A stretch of DNA of 64,000 nucleotides from an uncultured Chloroflexia bacterium (GCA_963748625.1 CAVVJT010000007.1:512001-576000); one strand, 5' to 3'; shown: positions 33,331-42,462, counted from the stretch's first letter. Numbers and translations are program-made. Notes: generated by a model not told the origin, from the sequence alone.

Positions 33331-34662
33331 TCAGCGTCCCCGTCGCTGCCAGGCGGGCAGGTCGTCCGCCCACGAGATGTCCGTTGCCGCCCCGGTGACC
33401 GGATCGACGAGATAGGCCCTCGACGTCTCGCCGATCACCTGGAGCACGGAGGTCCCGTCGGGCGACCAGTCCTTCCAGGTGTCGGGGTTGGAGGTGGCGT
33501 CGACGCGGATGCCGATGTCGCGAGCCGGCGCCGACCCGTCCGCGGGCAGCACCGCGATCCAGCCCGCGCCGTTGGGGGTCTCCAGGTCGGTCGGGAAGAT
33601 GAAGTGCTGGACGAGCAGCTGTGAGCCGTCCGGGGAGAAGACCGGCCACGCCTCGTTGATGCGGGGGTCGTCCGGACCCGGTAGTTCGCGGTCGTTGGAG
33701 CCGTCCGCGTTCACGAGGTGGACCCGGAAGCGCGTGACCAGGGTGTCGAGGTCGAGCGCAATGGCGTTGTACGCGATGACCTTCCCGTCCGGTGACCACG
33801 CGGCCCCCGAGAGCGTGTGCTGCGGGCCGAAGGCGGACTGTCCGGGCAGGCCCAACGGGCGGAGGTTGCCCCCGTCGGCGTCGGCAAGGTAGAGATCCAT
33901 GGCACCCACACCCGTCGTCTTGTGGGCCCGCAGGAGGAACGTGTTGGGATCGATCGGGCTCCAGAAGCCCTCCCATGGCACCAGGCCCTCGAAGACGAGC
34001 TCGCGGGCACCGGAGCCATCGGCCTGGACGTCGTACAGGCGCTTGGTCCCGCCGAACTCGCCGCTCACGAGGAGGTGCCTGCTGTCGAGCGCCCAGGACC
34101 ACTGCGACCACCCCTCCCCGATCTGATCAGGGAGGAGCCGGCGGGGGTTGGCGCCGTCGATGTCCACGGCCCACAGATCGTCGCCACCTTCGCCAGCCTG
34201 GGCGTACACGAACGTGCGGCCGTCCGGGGACAGGTACGGCGCGTACTCCTTCGCCGGTCCGGCGACGAGCGGCCGTCCGGGTGCGGCGTCGGTGATGCCG
34301 TCGCGGATGAAGATGTCACCGCGGCTCGGGTAGACGATGGCGCCGTTCACGGCGGGCCCGACCGGCAGGGGGATCTTGGGCCGGGACCCGGCGATGAGGA
34401 TCGCCGTTGCGGCAAGCGCCAGCAGCGCGAGGATGACCACGATGACGAGGGGGCGCAGGGCCGAACGTCCGGCCGGGACCGGTGCGAGGGTCACGTCCAT
34501 GGGGAGCCACCTTCCCGGGAAGCTCCAGCGCGGCCGCTGCGACGTGCGCGCGGTCTGCCGGAGGAGGTCTTCGAGGTAGTCAGGACGGCGCGCCGGGGCG
34601 ATCTCCTCCAGGGCGGACGAGATGCGCTGCTCGAAGGGATCGAACTGGTCGAAGGCAGTCAT
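33331..34662 (-). CDS. Putative anti-sigma factor with TolB/PD40 beta-propeller
   Basis: Coupled to the ECF gene; RTSQRPRW, TM segment, repeated WSPDG/FSPDG. Confidence 0.8.
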   Translation of the reverse strand: MTAFDQFDPFEQRISSALEEIAPARRPDYLEDLLRQTARTSQRPRWSFPGRWLPMDVTLAPVPAGRSALRPLVIVVILALLALAATAILIAGSRPKIPLPVGPAVNGAIVYPSRGDIFIRDGITDAAPGRPLVAGPAKEYAPYLSPDGRTFVYAQAGEGGDDLWAVDIDGANPRRLLPDQIGEGWSQWSWALDSRHLLVSGEFGGTKRLYDVQADGSGARELVFEGLVPWEGFWSPIDPNTFLLRAHKTTGVGAMDLYLADADGGNLRPLGLPGQSAFGPQHTLSGAAWSPDGKVIAYNAIALDLDTLVTRFRVHLVNADGSNDRELPGPDDPRINEAWPVFSPDGSQLLVQHFIFPTDLETPNGAGWIAVLPADGSAPARDIGIRVDATSNPDTWKDWSPDGTSVLQVIGETSRAYLVDPVTGAATDISWADDLPAWQRRGR

Positions 34663-35219
34663 GCCGTCCGGCCTCCTTCCAGCTCCGCCAGGGCGGAGGG
34701 ATCCGCGGCGAGCGTCCGGCGCAACCCCTGCATCGCCCGGTGGAGCCGCGACTTCGCCGCCGGGAGACTGATCCCGAGCGAGGACGCGGCTTCGGGGAGG
34801 GGGTAGCCGAGGTAGTAGTGCAGCACGACGAGCGCGCGGTGCTCCGGGTCCAGGCGGGCCAGGGCCCGCTCGACGAGGTCGCGGTCCGCGAGGTGGCGGG
34901 CGGTGTCGCCCGTCGCCGGCTCGTGGATGGGGTTGATCTCGATCTCGATCGGGCGGCGCCGGCGCCGGCGGGCCTGGTCGAGGCAGCTGTTGACCAGGAG
35001 GCGGTGGAGCCAGGCGTCAAACCGGTCCGGGTCACGAAGTCCGGGCAGATCGCGCCAGGCGCGGATCAGGGCGTCCTGGACGGCATCGCGCGCGAGCTCG
35101 CCGTCGCGGAGGATCAGGCGCGCGGCCGCGTCCAGGCGGGCCGCCGATGCCGTGACGAGCACGGCGAAGGCGTCGTGATCGCCCCGCGCTGCCCGCTCGA
35201 CGAGCGTCTGCCGGTCCAC
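34659..35219 (-). CDS. ECF RNA polymerase sigma factor
   Basis: GDHDAF..ARDAVQDALIRAWRDL..FDAWLHRLLVN; VVLHYYLG..AAKSRLHRA. Confidence 0.92.
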   Translation of the reverse strand: MDRQTLVERAARGDHDAFAVLVTASAARLDAAARLILRDGELARDAVQDALIRAWRDLPGLRDPDRFDAWLHRLLVNSCLDQARRRRRRPIEIEINPIHEPATGDTARHLADRDLVERALARLDPEHRALVVLHYYLGYPLPEAASSLGISLPAAKSRLHRAMQGLRRTLAADPSALAELEGGRTA

Positions 35220-35269
35220 GGTCCGTGGTTCCTCACCCTGGGCCCGGCACAGGTGTCCGGGTCTGCAGG

Positions 35270-35303
35270 GTATGGCGTCGGCGCAAGGGGTTTCGTTTCG
35301 CGG
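35270..35303 (-). promoter_or_regulatory. Putative ECF autoregulatory promoter (copy 1)
   Basis: CCGCGAAACGA-N9-CGCCGACGCCATAC; the same blocks occur at 37098-37131. Confidence 0.75.
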
Positions 35304-35467
35304 GACTGCGGCTCAGCCTCGGGCGGAAGAGGGCGAGCCGGCCGTCGGTCACCGGCTTGACGGAGCACCCGGCCGGAGCAGGAGGTGGCGGTAGCCCCAG
35401 TGGTCCTGGGCCTGCACGTAGGCCTCCGCGACGATCTCGAGTCCGGCCGCGGTGGTACCGGAACGCC

Positions 35468-35572
35468 CCAGCGATGGGGCGAACTGGGATCGTCCCCTCG
35501 TGGCTCACCGCCTGGGATGCGTGATGGGAGATTGGGCCATGCGGGCAGGGCGCCAGAATCCCCCATCGCTGG
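35468..35572. repeat. 105 bp element with a perfect 12 bp inverted repeat
   Basis: CCAGCGATGGGG (35468-35479) and CCCCATCGCTGG (35561-35572), extending inward via CTGG/CCAG. Confidence 0.7.
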
Positions 35573-35643
35573 AGGACACGAGTGGGATCCGGGGCGCCGG
35601 GCTTCTCGGGCGTGCGACGATCCGCGCCACAAGGAGGCTGCCC

Positions 35644-36234
35644 GTGGAGTTCACCGACGTCGTCATGAAGCGCCGCGCGGTGCGGAGGTTCGAGGAGGGC
35701 GGGGTCGACCGGGACGTGCTCGAGCGCATCGCGCGGCTCGCCCAGCGGACGCCCTCAGCCGGGTTCAGCCAGGGCCAGCGCCTGGTCGTGGTCGTGGATC
35801 CGGAGCGGCGGCGCGAGCTTGCCCGCCTGTGCGGCGAGGAGGCCTACGTGGAGATGGGCATGGGCCCGTGGATCAGCCAGTGCGCGGCGCTCTTCGTCCC
35901 GTGCGTGTCCGAGGCCATCTACCACCGCCGCTACCAGGAGCCCGACAAGCTCCAGGACGACGGTACCGAGATCGACTGGCCGATCCCCTACTGGTGGATC
36001 GACGTCGGCGCGACCATGCAGAACATCATGCTGGCCGCGGTGGACGAAGGCCTGGGCTGCGGCTTCGCGGGCGGCGAGCCGTCCGAGATCCGCGCCTTCC
36101 TGGGCCTGCCCGACGAGCTGGCGCCGATCGGCGTCATGCCGGTGGGCCGGCCGCTGTCCGACGTGCGCTCGCCCAGCCTGAAGCGCGGCTGGGTCCCGTT
36201 CGAGGAGTTCGCCCGCTGGGACCGCTGGGCATAG
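35644..36234 (+). CDS. Nitroreductase family protein
   Basis: KRRAVRRF, TPSAGFSQ, DVGATMQNIMLAAVDEGLG; AGGAGG RBS. Confidence 0.9.
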   Translation: MEFTDVVMKRRAVRRFEEGGVDRDVLERIARLAQRTPSAGFSQGQRLVVVVDPERRRELARLCGEEAYVEMGMGPWISQCAALFVPCVSEAIYHRRYQEPDKLQDDGTEIDWPIPYWWIDVGATMQNIMLAAVDEGLGCGFAGGEPSEIRAFLGLPDELAPIGVMPVGRPLSDVRSPSLKRGWVPFEEFARWDRWA

Positions 36235-36287
36235 CGGTGGCTGGCGATCCCTGGGGACCGCCAGCCGTCGATGCCGAGGGATGTGCG

Positions 36288-36622
36288 CTAGTGTCTCGTG
36301 CCGCCAATGCCTGGCGGATACCCCTGCGTGCCCGTGCCGCTGATCGGAAGGGGCATCACCGGGCGTCGCCCACGACGGCTGCTGCCGTGCGCGCCCGGCA
36401 CGCACACGGAGCGGTGACGTCGCGGGATGTGCGCCCCGTGCTCCGCCCGTGCGCTCCGCCAGGGTCCCGAGGGCACGACCTGCGCACCAGCCGCGCATCG
36501 AGCGCTCCGGCCGCACCGTGTGGCCGTCCGGCGCGCAGCCGGACGGAGACAGGACCCGGACGGCGCCAGGACCCGGAGCGGCGGTCCGCACGCCGCGAGC
36601 GACCAGCGAATCGGGACACTAG
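36288..36622. mobile_element. Possible MITE/IS remnant with CTAG-TGTCYCG inverted ends
   Basis: CTAGTGTCTCG at 36288 and CGGGACACTAG ending at 36622; no convincing internal ORF. Confidence 0.5.
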
Positions 36623-37050
36623 TAGCTGATGATCCCCACGTAGTGGTCGATCACGCCGTTGGCGACGTAGTCGCCCACGAGGTTGCCGCCGCCGTGGGCA
36701 CCCGCATATGCGCCAGTGCCGCCGATGACCTTCCAGCCGCCCTGGTCCTGCGGTGACCCGTTGGCCGTGGCCGCGCTCAGGTGGATCGTGAGCGAGTCGG
36801 TCCCGCCGTCGCAGAAGAAGGTCTTGTCGAGGTGGAAGGTGCCGGCCCGGCCGCCGCCGGCGAACCGGAAGTTCGAGCTGGTGGACGTGCCCGAGGGACA
36901 GAAGCCGCCGGAGGCGACGAACGTCTCGGCGCCGCCGAAGCCGGGGACCGTGAGCGTGATCTCCACCTTCGACGCGGCTATCGCGCCCGGCGCGATGAGG
37001 GCAGCCGCGATCATGCCCGCAGCGAGCGGACGCAGGAACGGGACGCGCAT
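36619..37050 (-). CDS. Small secreted all-beta hypothetical protein
   Basis: Signal peptide MRVPFLRPLAAGMIAAALIAPGAIAA; Cys pair; WKVIGGTGAYAGAHGGG (allene-oxide-cyclase/dirigent-like barrel motif). Confidence 0.75.
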   Translation of the reverse strand: MRVPFLRPLAAGMIAAALIAPGAIAASKVEITLTVPGFGGAETFVASGGFCPSGTSTSSNFRFAGGGRAGTFHLDKTFFCDGGTDSLTIHLSAATANGSPQDQGGWKVIGGTGAYAGAHGGGNLVGDYVANGVIDHYVGIISY

Positions 37051-37097
37051 GTGGTTCCTCCCTGTAGACGCGGGGCGGCTGATACCGCCCACACGCT

Positions 37098-37131
37098 GTA
37101 TGGCGTCGGCGGATGCCGGATCGTTTCGCGG
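37098..37131 (-). promoter_or_regulatory. Putative ECF-dependent promoter (copy 2)
   Basis: CCGCGAAACGA-N9-CGCCGACGCCATAC, matching 35270-35303. Confidence 0.75.
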
Positions 37132-37133
37132 TC

Positions 37134-37829
37134 CTACGGGCTGACGGCCGCGAGCCCTGCGAGCAGCGGCACCAGCATCACGATGGCACCGGCCACCACG
37201 CCGACCACGACCCCGACGATCCGGCGTGGCACCTCCTGCTCCTCGGCACGGGCGACCCTCGCGATGGCGTCGGCGTCAATCGGGCGGACGGGGACCGCCG
37301 CCAGGGCGGCAATCCGGACAGGCGCGGAGACGACGTCCTCGCCGATTGCCGCCCACGCGGCCGCGAGGCGCTGCGCCGCCGTGCCGGCCCGGCGGCCGAG
37401 GATCGTGTCCAGCTCCTCGGGGGTGAGACCTGCCAGGTGGTGCAGGGCGAGAAGCGAGCGGTCGGCGGGCACGAGGACACCGAGCGGGATGCGGCTCTCG
37501 CCCGTCCACGCGGGCGAGCCGGGCGGGAGGACGCCCTCGACCGCCAGGTGGACGAGCCGCTCGGCTTCGACCGTCGCGAGCCTGCACAGCCACGGCTCGA
37601 TGTCGGCTGGCGCATGTGGCTGCCGGATGCCCGTCCACGCGGCGACCAGGGCAGCGCGGACCGCGGCCACGGCGGCGGGCATCTCGCCGGTGACCAGCCA
37701 GGCCACCCGGGTCATCGCCTCGCCATGCAGGCGCACGAGGCGCGCAAAGGCATGACCGTCCCTCGCGGCAGCCATGGCGGCGAGCTCCCCGGAGGTCGCG
37801 CTGTCGATGTCGGGACGCTGGACGGACAC
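37134..37829 (-). CDS. Degenerate ECF-sigma-like protein with C-terminal TM helix
   Basis: AFARLV..PWLCRLA region-2-like; LLALHHLAGLTPEELDTILG..QRL region-4-like; hydrophobic C-terminal tail. Confidence 0.65.
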   Translation of the reverse strand: MSVQRPDIDSATSGELAAMAAARDGHAFARLVRLHGEAMTRVAWLVTGEMPAAVAAVRAALVAAWTGIRQPHAPADIEPWLCRLATVEAERLVHLAVEGVLPPGSPAWTGESRIPLGVLVPADRSLLALHHLAGLTPEELDTILGRRAGTAAQRLAAAWAAIGEDVVSAPVRIAALAAVPVRPIDADAIARVARAEEQEVPRRIVGVVVGVVAGAIVMLVPLLAGLAAVSP

Positions 37830-37969
37830 CCGCTGATCCTCGCACCTTCGGGCCTGCAACCACAGCACACGACCCGTGTCAGGTGGTTCGCCGTCGCCGC
37901 AGATCCGGATGTTCCGCCTCGGCGCGACGTTCAGCGATCCGCCCTGCTCACGCTGTCCGGGCCTCGGTC

Positions 37970-38227
37970 TCAGGTGCGGGCAGCAGCCTTCGAAGGACGC
38001 GGCAGCATCGTGCGCTGCCGCGTCAGCCCCACACCCGCAATGATGATCACCCCGCCCGCGAGCTGGAGCAGTCCCACCGGCTCGCTGAGGAAGAGCGCGC
38101 AGGTGAGCGGCCCGAACTCCCCGATCGCGGCCTTGACGACCGGGAAGCTGGCCGACCAGATGATGACCATGGCGAACAGGCGAGCGTCGGCGATCCGCCG
38201 CTCCCGCGCCGCCTGGGGCGCAGACAT
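37970..38227 (-). pseudogene. EamA/DMT transporter remnant with in-frame internal deletion
   Basis: First helix IIWSASFPVVKAAIGEFGPLT joined to last helices LFLSEPVGLLQLAGGVIIIAGV; 85 aa. Confidence 0.7.
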
Positions 38228-38309
38228 GACGACGCCCGCCGGTCTGGCGGGCGTCTCGTGCGGGCTCGGGGTTCCGGCGGCGTCGGGGCCGCTGGACGGG
38301 GCCTGTCGA

Positions 38310-38465
38310 TCAGGCGCCTTCCTGCTCGAGCTCCAGCGCCTCTTCGTCGTCCTCCTCGGTCAGCTTGAGCCACACGAAGAGGCCGGCCAGCACGACCATG
38401 GGGATGACGATCAGCGCGCCCAGGGTGACCCCGAGCGCGACGGCAACGGTCTTGAGTGCCCTCAT
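38310..38465 (-). CDS. 51 aa single-TM protein with acidic tail (below the ORF-track cutoff)
   Basis: MRALKTVAVALGVTLGALIVIPMVVLAGLFVWLKLTEEDDEEALELEQEGA*; AAGGAGG RBS. Confidence 0.75.
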   Translation of the reverse strand: MRALKTVAVALGVTLGALIVIPMVVLAGLFVWLKLTEEDDEEALELEQEGA

Positions 38466-38525
38466 CGGCCGGGCCTCCTTGCTACGACGGGAACGAATGG
38501 ATTGTGCCCCCTGCGGGGCGGTATG

Positions 38526-39029
38526 TCACGCCTCGCCGATGGGCCGGCCGCGCAGCGTTGGCGCCTGGACGATGAGCCCCTCGATGTCGTCGTGCGTGAA
38601 CTCGGCGAGCTGGTGGTGGACCCCCGCCTGGCCGGCGAGCAGCAGGCGGATCACGAACGCGCCGTCCTGCTCCAGCAGGAACGTGTCCTTGGGGCGCTGC
38701 TCGTCCACCCAGCGGCCGATCACGCGCAGGGAACGCTCGTAGCCGGGCTTCATGGCGGCGATCGACCCGGTGCCGCGGCGGCCGACGCACTCCTCCATGA
38801 ACTTGGCGATGTCGTCATCGAGGAAGGTGAAGGTCTCCTTGACCATGCTGCCCATGGCATCCGACCAGGAGCCGGCCGAGGCCCCGGCCATCACCAGGCC
38901 CTGGACGACGAAGCCGTCAGGAACCTCGACCAGGAGGATGTCCTTCATGTGCTGGCCGTCGAGGAACGCGCCGATGGAGCGGAAGACCTCCTCGAAGTCC
39001 TGCCGGGGGCTCCCCTCGTAGATCCGCAT
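38526..39029 (-). CDS. Hypothetical protein made of two similar alpha/beta repeats
   Basis: FEEVFRSIGAFLD..KDILLVE..GFVV versus YERSLRVIGRWVD..KDTFLLE..AFVI. Confidence 0.8.
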   Translation of the reverse strand: MRIYEGSPRQDFEEVFRSIGAFLDGQHMKDILLVEVPDGFVVQGLVMAGASAGSWSDAMGSMVKETFTFLDDDIAKFMEECVGRRGTGSIAAMKPGYERSLRVIGRWVDEQRPKDTFLLEQDGAFVIRLLLAGQAGVHHQLAEFTHDDIEGLIVQAPTLRGRPIGEA

Positions 39030-39081
39030 GCGTCGTCCCTCGTATCGGCGCCGATCTGCCCCCGCCTGGGGGTCCGCCCGC

Positions 39082-40026
39082 CTAGGAGCCGGTGGTCCGG
39101 TCCAGCAAGCCCAGGTCTCGTGCCCGTCGCTCGCTCGAACGGAAGATCGCGGTTGCCCCGAGTGTAACCACCGCTCCGGTGGCGAACAAGGCGAGAACGA
39201 TCGTCAGGCCGTCGGGAGCCGATGTTCCGGTGACGGCGGTCCACACGGAGCCCTCGCCGCCGATGGCCGTGGGCAGGGACGGGGCGACGGCCTGGCGCAC
39301 GCCCTCCAGCCACCACGTGACCGGGTTCACCAGCCCGACCACCTGGAGTGCCGCGGGCAGGACCGCCAGCGGGAAGACCACGCCACTGACGAGGAACATG
39401 GCACCCGCGAACGCCTCCGGGTATGACCAGCTCTCCTGGCGGGTCTGCAGGCAGATCGCGCCGATGAAGACCCCCAGCGCGATGATCGGCACAACGCCCA
39501 GCACCAGCGAGGCTGCGAGGAGCGGCCACCCAATGGTGGATGGGTCGATCCGCAGGCCGAGCACGACCACGCCGAACACAAGCGCGATGACCGTCCCCAT
39601 CGCCCCGATCGCCAGGCGCGCGCCGCCACGCCCCACGATGGTCACCAGGAGGGTCGCCGGGCTGACCGCCACGTACTTGAGCATCCGGTACCTTTCGCGG
39701 TCGTCGAGGATCGTCCAGGCCGGCCCCGTGATCCCGGCCACGAGCATCGCCCATAGCGCGCTGCCCAGGATCACGAACGTCCTGGCGGCCTCGTCGGTGG
39801 TGCTGCCCACGATCGCCACCATCGCGTACAGGAGCAGCAGCGAGGCGATCGGCTTCACGACCGAGTAGATGATGAACAGCGTGGGGTCGGTCCAGTTGGC
39901 CTCCACCTTCCAGCCCAGGAGCAGCGAGGTGCGCAGGTGGCGCGCCGTGTCGGACAGCCCCTCGCCCTCGGCCCGGGCACGGTCGAAGGAGGTCCCGGAC
40001 GGCGACCGGAACGCGTCGGCGCTCAT
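39082..40026 (-). CDS. ABC-2 type exporter permease
   Basis: Six TM-like segments; SGVVFPLAVLP..NPVTWWLEGVR. Confidence 0.85.
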   Translation of the reverse strand: MSADAFRSPSGTSFDRARAEGEGLSDTARHLRTSLLLGWKVEANWTDPTLFIIYSVVKPIASLLLLYAMVAIVGSTTDEAARTFVILGSALWAMLVAGITGPAWTILDDRERYRMLKYVAVSPATLLVTIVGRGGARLAIGAMGTVIALVFGVVVLGLRIDPSTIGWPLLAASLVLGVVPIIALGVFIGAICLQTRQESWSYPEAFAGAMFLVSGVVFPLAVLPAALQVVGLVNPVTWWLEGVRQAVAPSLPTAIGGEGSVWTAVTGTSAPDGLTIVLALFATGAVVTLGATAIFRSSERRARDLGLLDRTTGS

Positions 40027-40934
40027 TGCCAGCGGATCGAGAGGCTGCCACGCGAGCGGGCCATCCGCTCGATCGTGCGCAGCAGGTGGCGGGCCGTGAG
40101 GCCGAAGACGACGGTCATGACGGCCAGGATCACGGCCTCCACCTCCGGCGACGGCGTGCCGGTGATGTACGGCTCGCCCGCGAACACCAGCTGGCGCATG
40201 GCGTCGAGGCCGACCGCGAACGGGATGGTCGCGATGGCGATGGCGCCGAGCATGCCCAGCCTGCCCACGGGGAAGTTGAGACCGGACACGAAGTAGACGG
40301 GCTCGATGACGAGGTTGGTGAGGTGGAACGCCTCGCGACCCCAGACCAGGAACAGGCTCGCCAGCATCATCCCCAGGCCGTAGAGCGCGGTCATCGTGAG
40401 CACGAACACCACGACCAGCAGGCCCCACTGCTCAACGTTGAACTGGACGCCGAAGAACCAGGTCGAGATGACGAGCACCGCCGCGGCGCGCGTGCTGGAC
40501 ATCACGAGGCCGCCCACGGCCATCCCGATGAGCACGGCCATCAGATGCATGGGTGCCGCGAAGTAGAGCTCCAGGTTGCCCTGGCTCTTCTCCCAGTAGA
40601 GCTGCCCGGCCATCATCCAGACCACGTTGAGCCAGAACGCCGAGAGCGCCCCGCCCAGGACCACGTAGCCGATGTACGCCTCCGGGGCCCCGATCGCGCG
40701 GTAGACCAGCACGAAGCCCGCCGTGGCAAGGAACGGGAGGAGGATCTCGAAGAAGACCCACGAGGGCTCGCGGGCCATGCCGCGGACGCGGGGGTAGGCG
40801 CGGCCGATCGCCGCCCGCACATTGCTCTCGATGGTCTGGCGGCGCGTCCACTCCGCGGCCTCGCGGGGATCGGTGCCGCCGCGGGTGGCGGCGAAGACGT
40901 CGGCAGGCGAGCTCATCCGGGCGGGCGAGCTCAT
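40023..40934 (-). CDS. ABC-2 type exporter permease
   Basis: WEKSQGNLELYF; SGLNFPV..PFAVGLDAMR; duplicated start MSSPAR-MSSPA. Confidence 0.85.
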   Translation of the reverse strand: MSSPARMSSPADVFAATRGGTDPREAAEWTRRQTIESNVRAAIGRAYPRVRGMAREPSWVFFEILLPFLATAGFVLVYRAIGAPEAYIGYVVLGGALSAFWLNVVWMMAGQLYWEKSQGNLELYFAAPMHLMAVLIGMAVGGLVMSSTRAAAVLVISTWFFGVQFNVEQWGLLVVVFVLTMTALYGLGMMLASLFLVWGREAFHLTNLVIEPVYFVSGLNFPVGRLGMLGAIAIATIPFAVGLDAMRQLVFAGEPYITGTPSPEVEAVILAVMTVVFGLTARHLLRTIERMARSRGSLSIRWQ

Positions 40935-41971
40935 CCGGGCTCTCCGTCCCCGTCGAGGTCGGTGAACCCGCGGCCCACCAGCTCCACGAACACGTCCTCG
41001 AGCGTCGGCTCCGACTTGCGCAGTGCGAGGATCTGGGAGCCGGTCGCGCCCAGGGCCGTGACCACCCCTCCCAGCGCGGAATCGTCGTCGAGGGCAAGGC
41101 TCACCACGACACGCTGCGCCTCGGGATCGGTGTCGACGGCGGGCGCCGCGGACAGCACCCCCGGGAGGGCGGCCAGCGTCGCCGTTCCACCATCGAGCCG
41201 GTCGAGCTCGAGGCGGAAGATGGACTCGCGCTGCACGCGGCGCTTCAACTCCGCCGGCGTGCCGATCGCGAGGATCCGCCCGCGATCCACGATCGCGATC
41301 CGCTCGCACAGCTCGTCCGCCTCGGCCATGTAGTGGGTGGTGAGCAGGACCGTCCGCCCCGGCACCGCCGCCTTCCAGGCCAGCACCAGCTCCCGGATCC
41401 CGCGGGCGGCGGCCACATCGAGCCCCAGGGTCGGCTCGTCGAGGAACAGGATCCACGGGTCGTTGAGCAGGCCACGGGCCATGTTCATCTTCTGACGCTG
41501 GCCGGTGGACAGGGTGCTCACCCGCTGCAGCCGCTGGTCGCCGAGACCCACGGCCTCGACCAGCTCGTCCACCCGGCGCCAGCCCTCCTTGGACGGCAGG
41601 CCGTAGAACTGGCTGAACATCCAGAGCTGCTCGCGGACCGTGAGGATCCCGTAGCCGGACTGCTCGCCGCCCGCGACCATGTTCATGATCCGGCGGATGC
41701 GCCTGGTGTCCGTGGCGACGTCGAACCCGAAGATCGAGGCGCTGCCCGCGGTGGGCAGGAGCAGGGTCGTCAGGATCTTGATCAGCGTGGTCTTGCCGGC
41801 GCCGTTGGGACCCAGGAGCCCGAAGAACTCGCCCGGGGCGACCTCGAGGTTCACACCCGCGAGCGCGATCACCGGCGGCTTCGTGTCATAGACGCGTCGG
41901 ACCCCCCGCACCGAGATGGCGGGCGGCAGATCGCCGGGGGCGCGTTCGGACACGGTGGTCGAGGCGGACAC
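40931..41971 (-). CDS. ABC exporter ATP-binding protein (DrrA-like)
   Basis: GPNGAGKT, LSTGQ, ILFLDEPT, TTH, PTLEDVF. Confidence 0.92.
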   Translation of the reverse strand: MSASTTVSERAPGDLPPAISVRGVRRVYDTKPPVIALAGVNLEVAPGEFFGLLGPNGAGKTTLIKILTTLLLPTAGSASIFGFDVATDTRRIRRIMNMVAGGEQSGYGILTVREQLWMFSQFYGLPSKEGWRRVDELVEAVGLGDQRLQRVSTLSTGQRQKMNMARGLLNDPWILFLDEPTLGLDVAAARGIRELVLAWKAAVPGRTVLLTTHYMAEADELCERIAIVDRGRILAIGTPAELKRRVQRESIFRLELDRLDGGTATLAALPGVLSAAPAVDTDPEAQRVVVSLALDDDSALGGVVTALGATGSQILALRKSEPTLEDVFVELVGRGFTDLDGDGEPG

Positions 41972-42169
41972 GGGTGCTCCCGATGCTCGGACGGGGCGGC
42001 CCTGCCAGCCTACCACCGCGGCAAACCACGCCTGCTCCCCGGCGGCGGTCAGGGCAGCGGGTCCGGGCAGCGGGTCCGGGCTTCGGTCCGGGCTTCTGGC
42101 GCCCGGCCTCACTACTCACGGAAGCGTCCCGTCTCCCGTGCTGCCCCAGCCCATGCCGGTGCGCGCCGG

Positions 42170-42299
42170 GCGTGCCTACGGGAGCGTGACCCGTCATTCC
42201 TGCGCGCCCAGCGCCCATCTCCGCGCCTCCAGGGCCCGGGAGCATCGATTCCTGCCGCCAGGCGCGCAGGAACCGCAGGGCACCCGCCCGTACGCACGC
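42170..42299. repeat. 130 bp imperfect palindrome, followed by an 18 bp direct repeat
   Basis: TTCCTGCGCGCC (42197) / GGCGCGCAGGAA (42261) perfect pair; outer GCGTGC/GCACGC and TACGGG/CCCGTA; GCGCATCCGGGCCGGAGC twice downstream. Confidence 0.75.
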
Positions 42300-42416
42300 T
42301 GGTCGCGCATCCGGGCCGGAGCAGGGCCGGAGCCGCGCATCCGGGCCGGAGCCGGGAACCGGGAGCCGGTCGGGCCAGCGCAGACGTTGGGATTCTCACA
42401 TTGTTCACAAACAGGG

Positions 42417-42462
42417 TGGACAAACCCGCCATCCGCGGCTAATCTCACCAATGCTGTCGAGA
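42417..42462 (+). promoter_or_regulatory. Promoter TGGACA-N17-TAATCT with an overlapping imperfect dyad
   Basis: AT-rich patch upstream of the TauE gene; TCTCACC-N6-GTCGAGA dyad. Confidence 0.5.
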
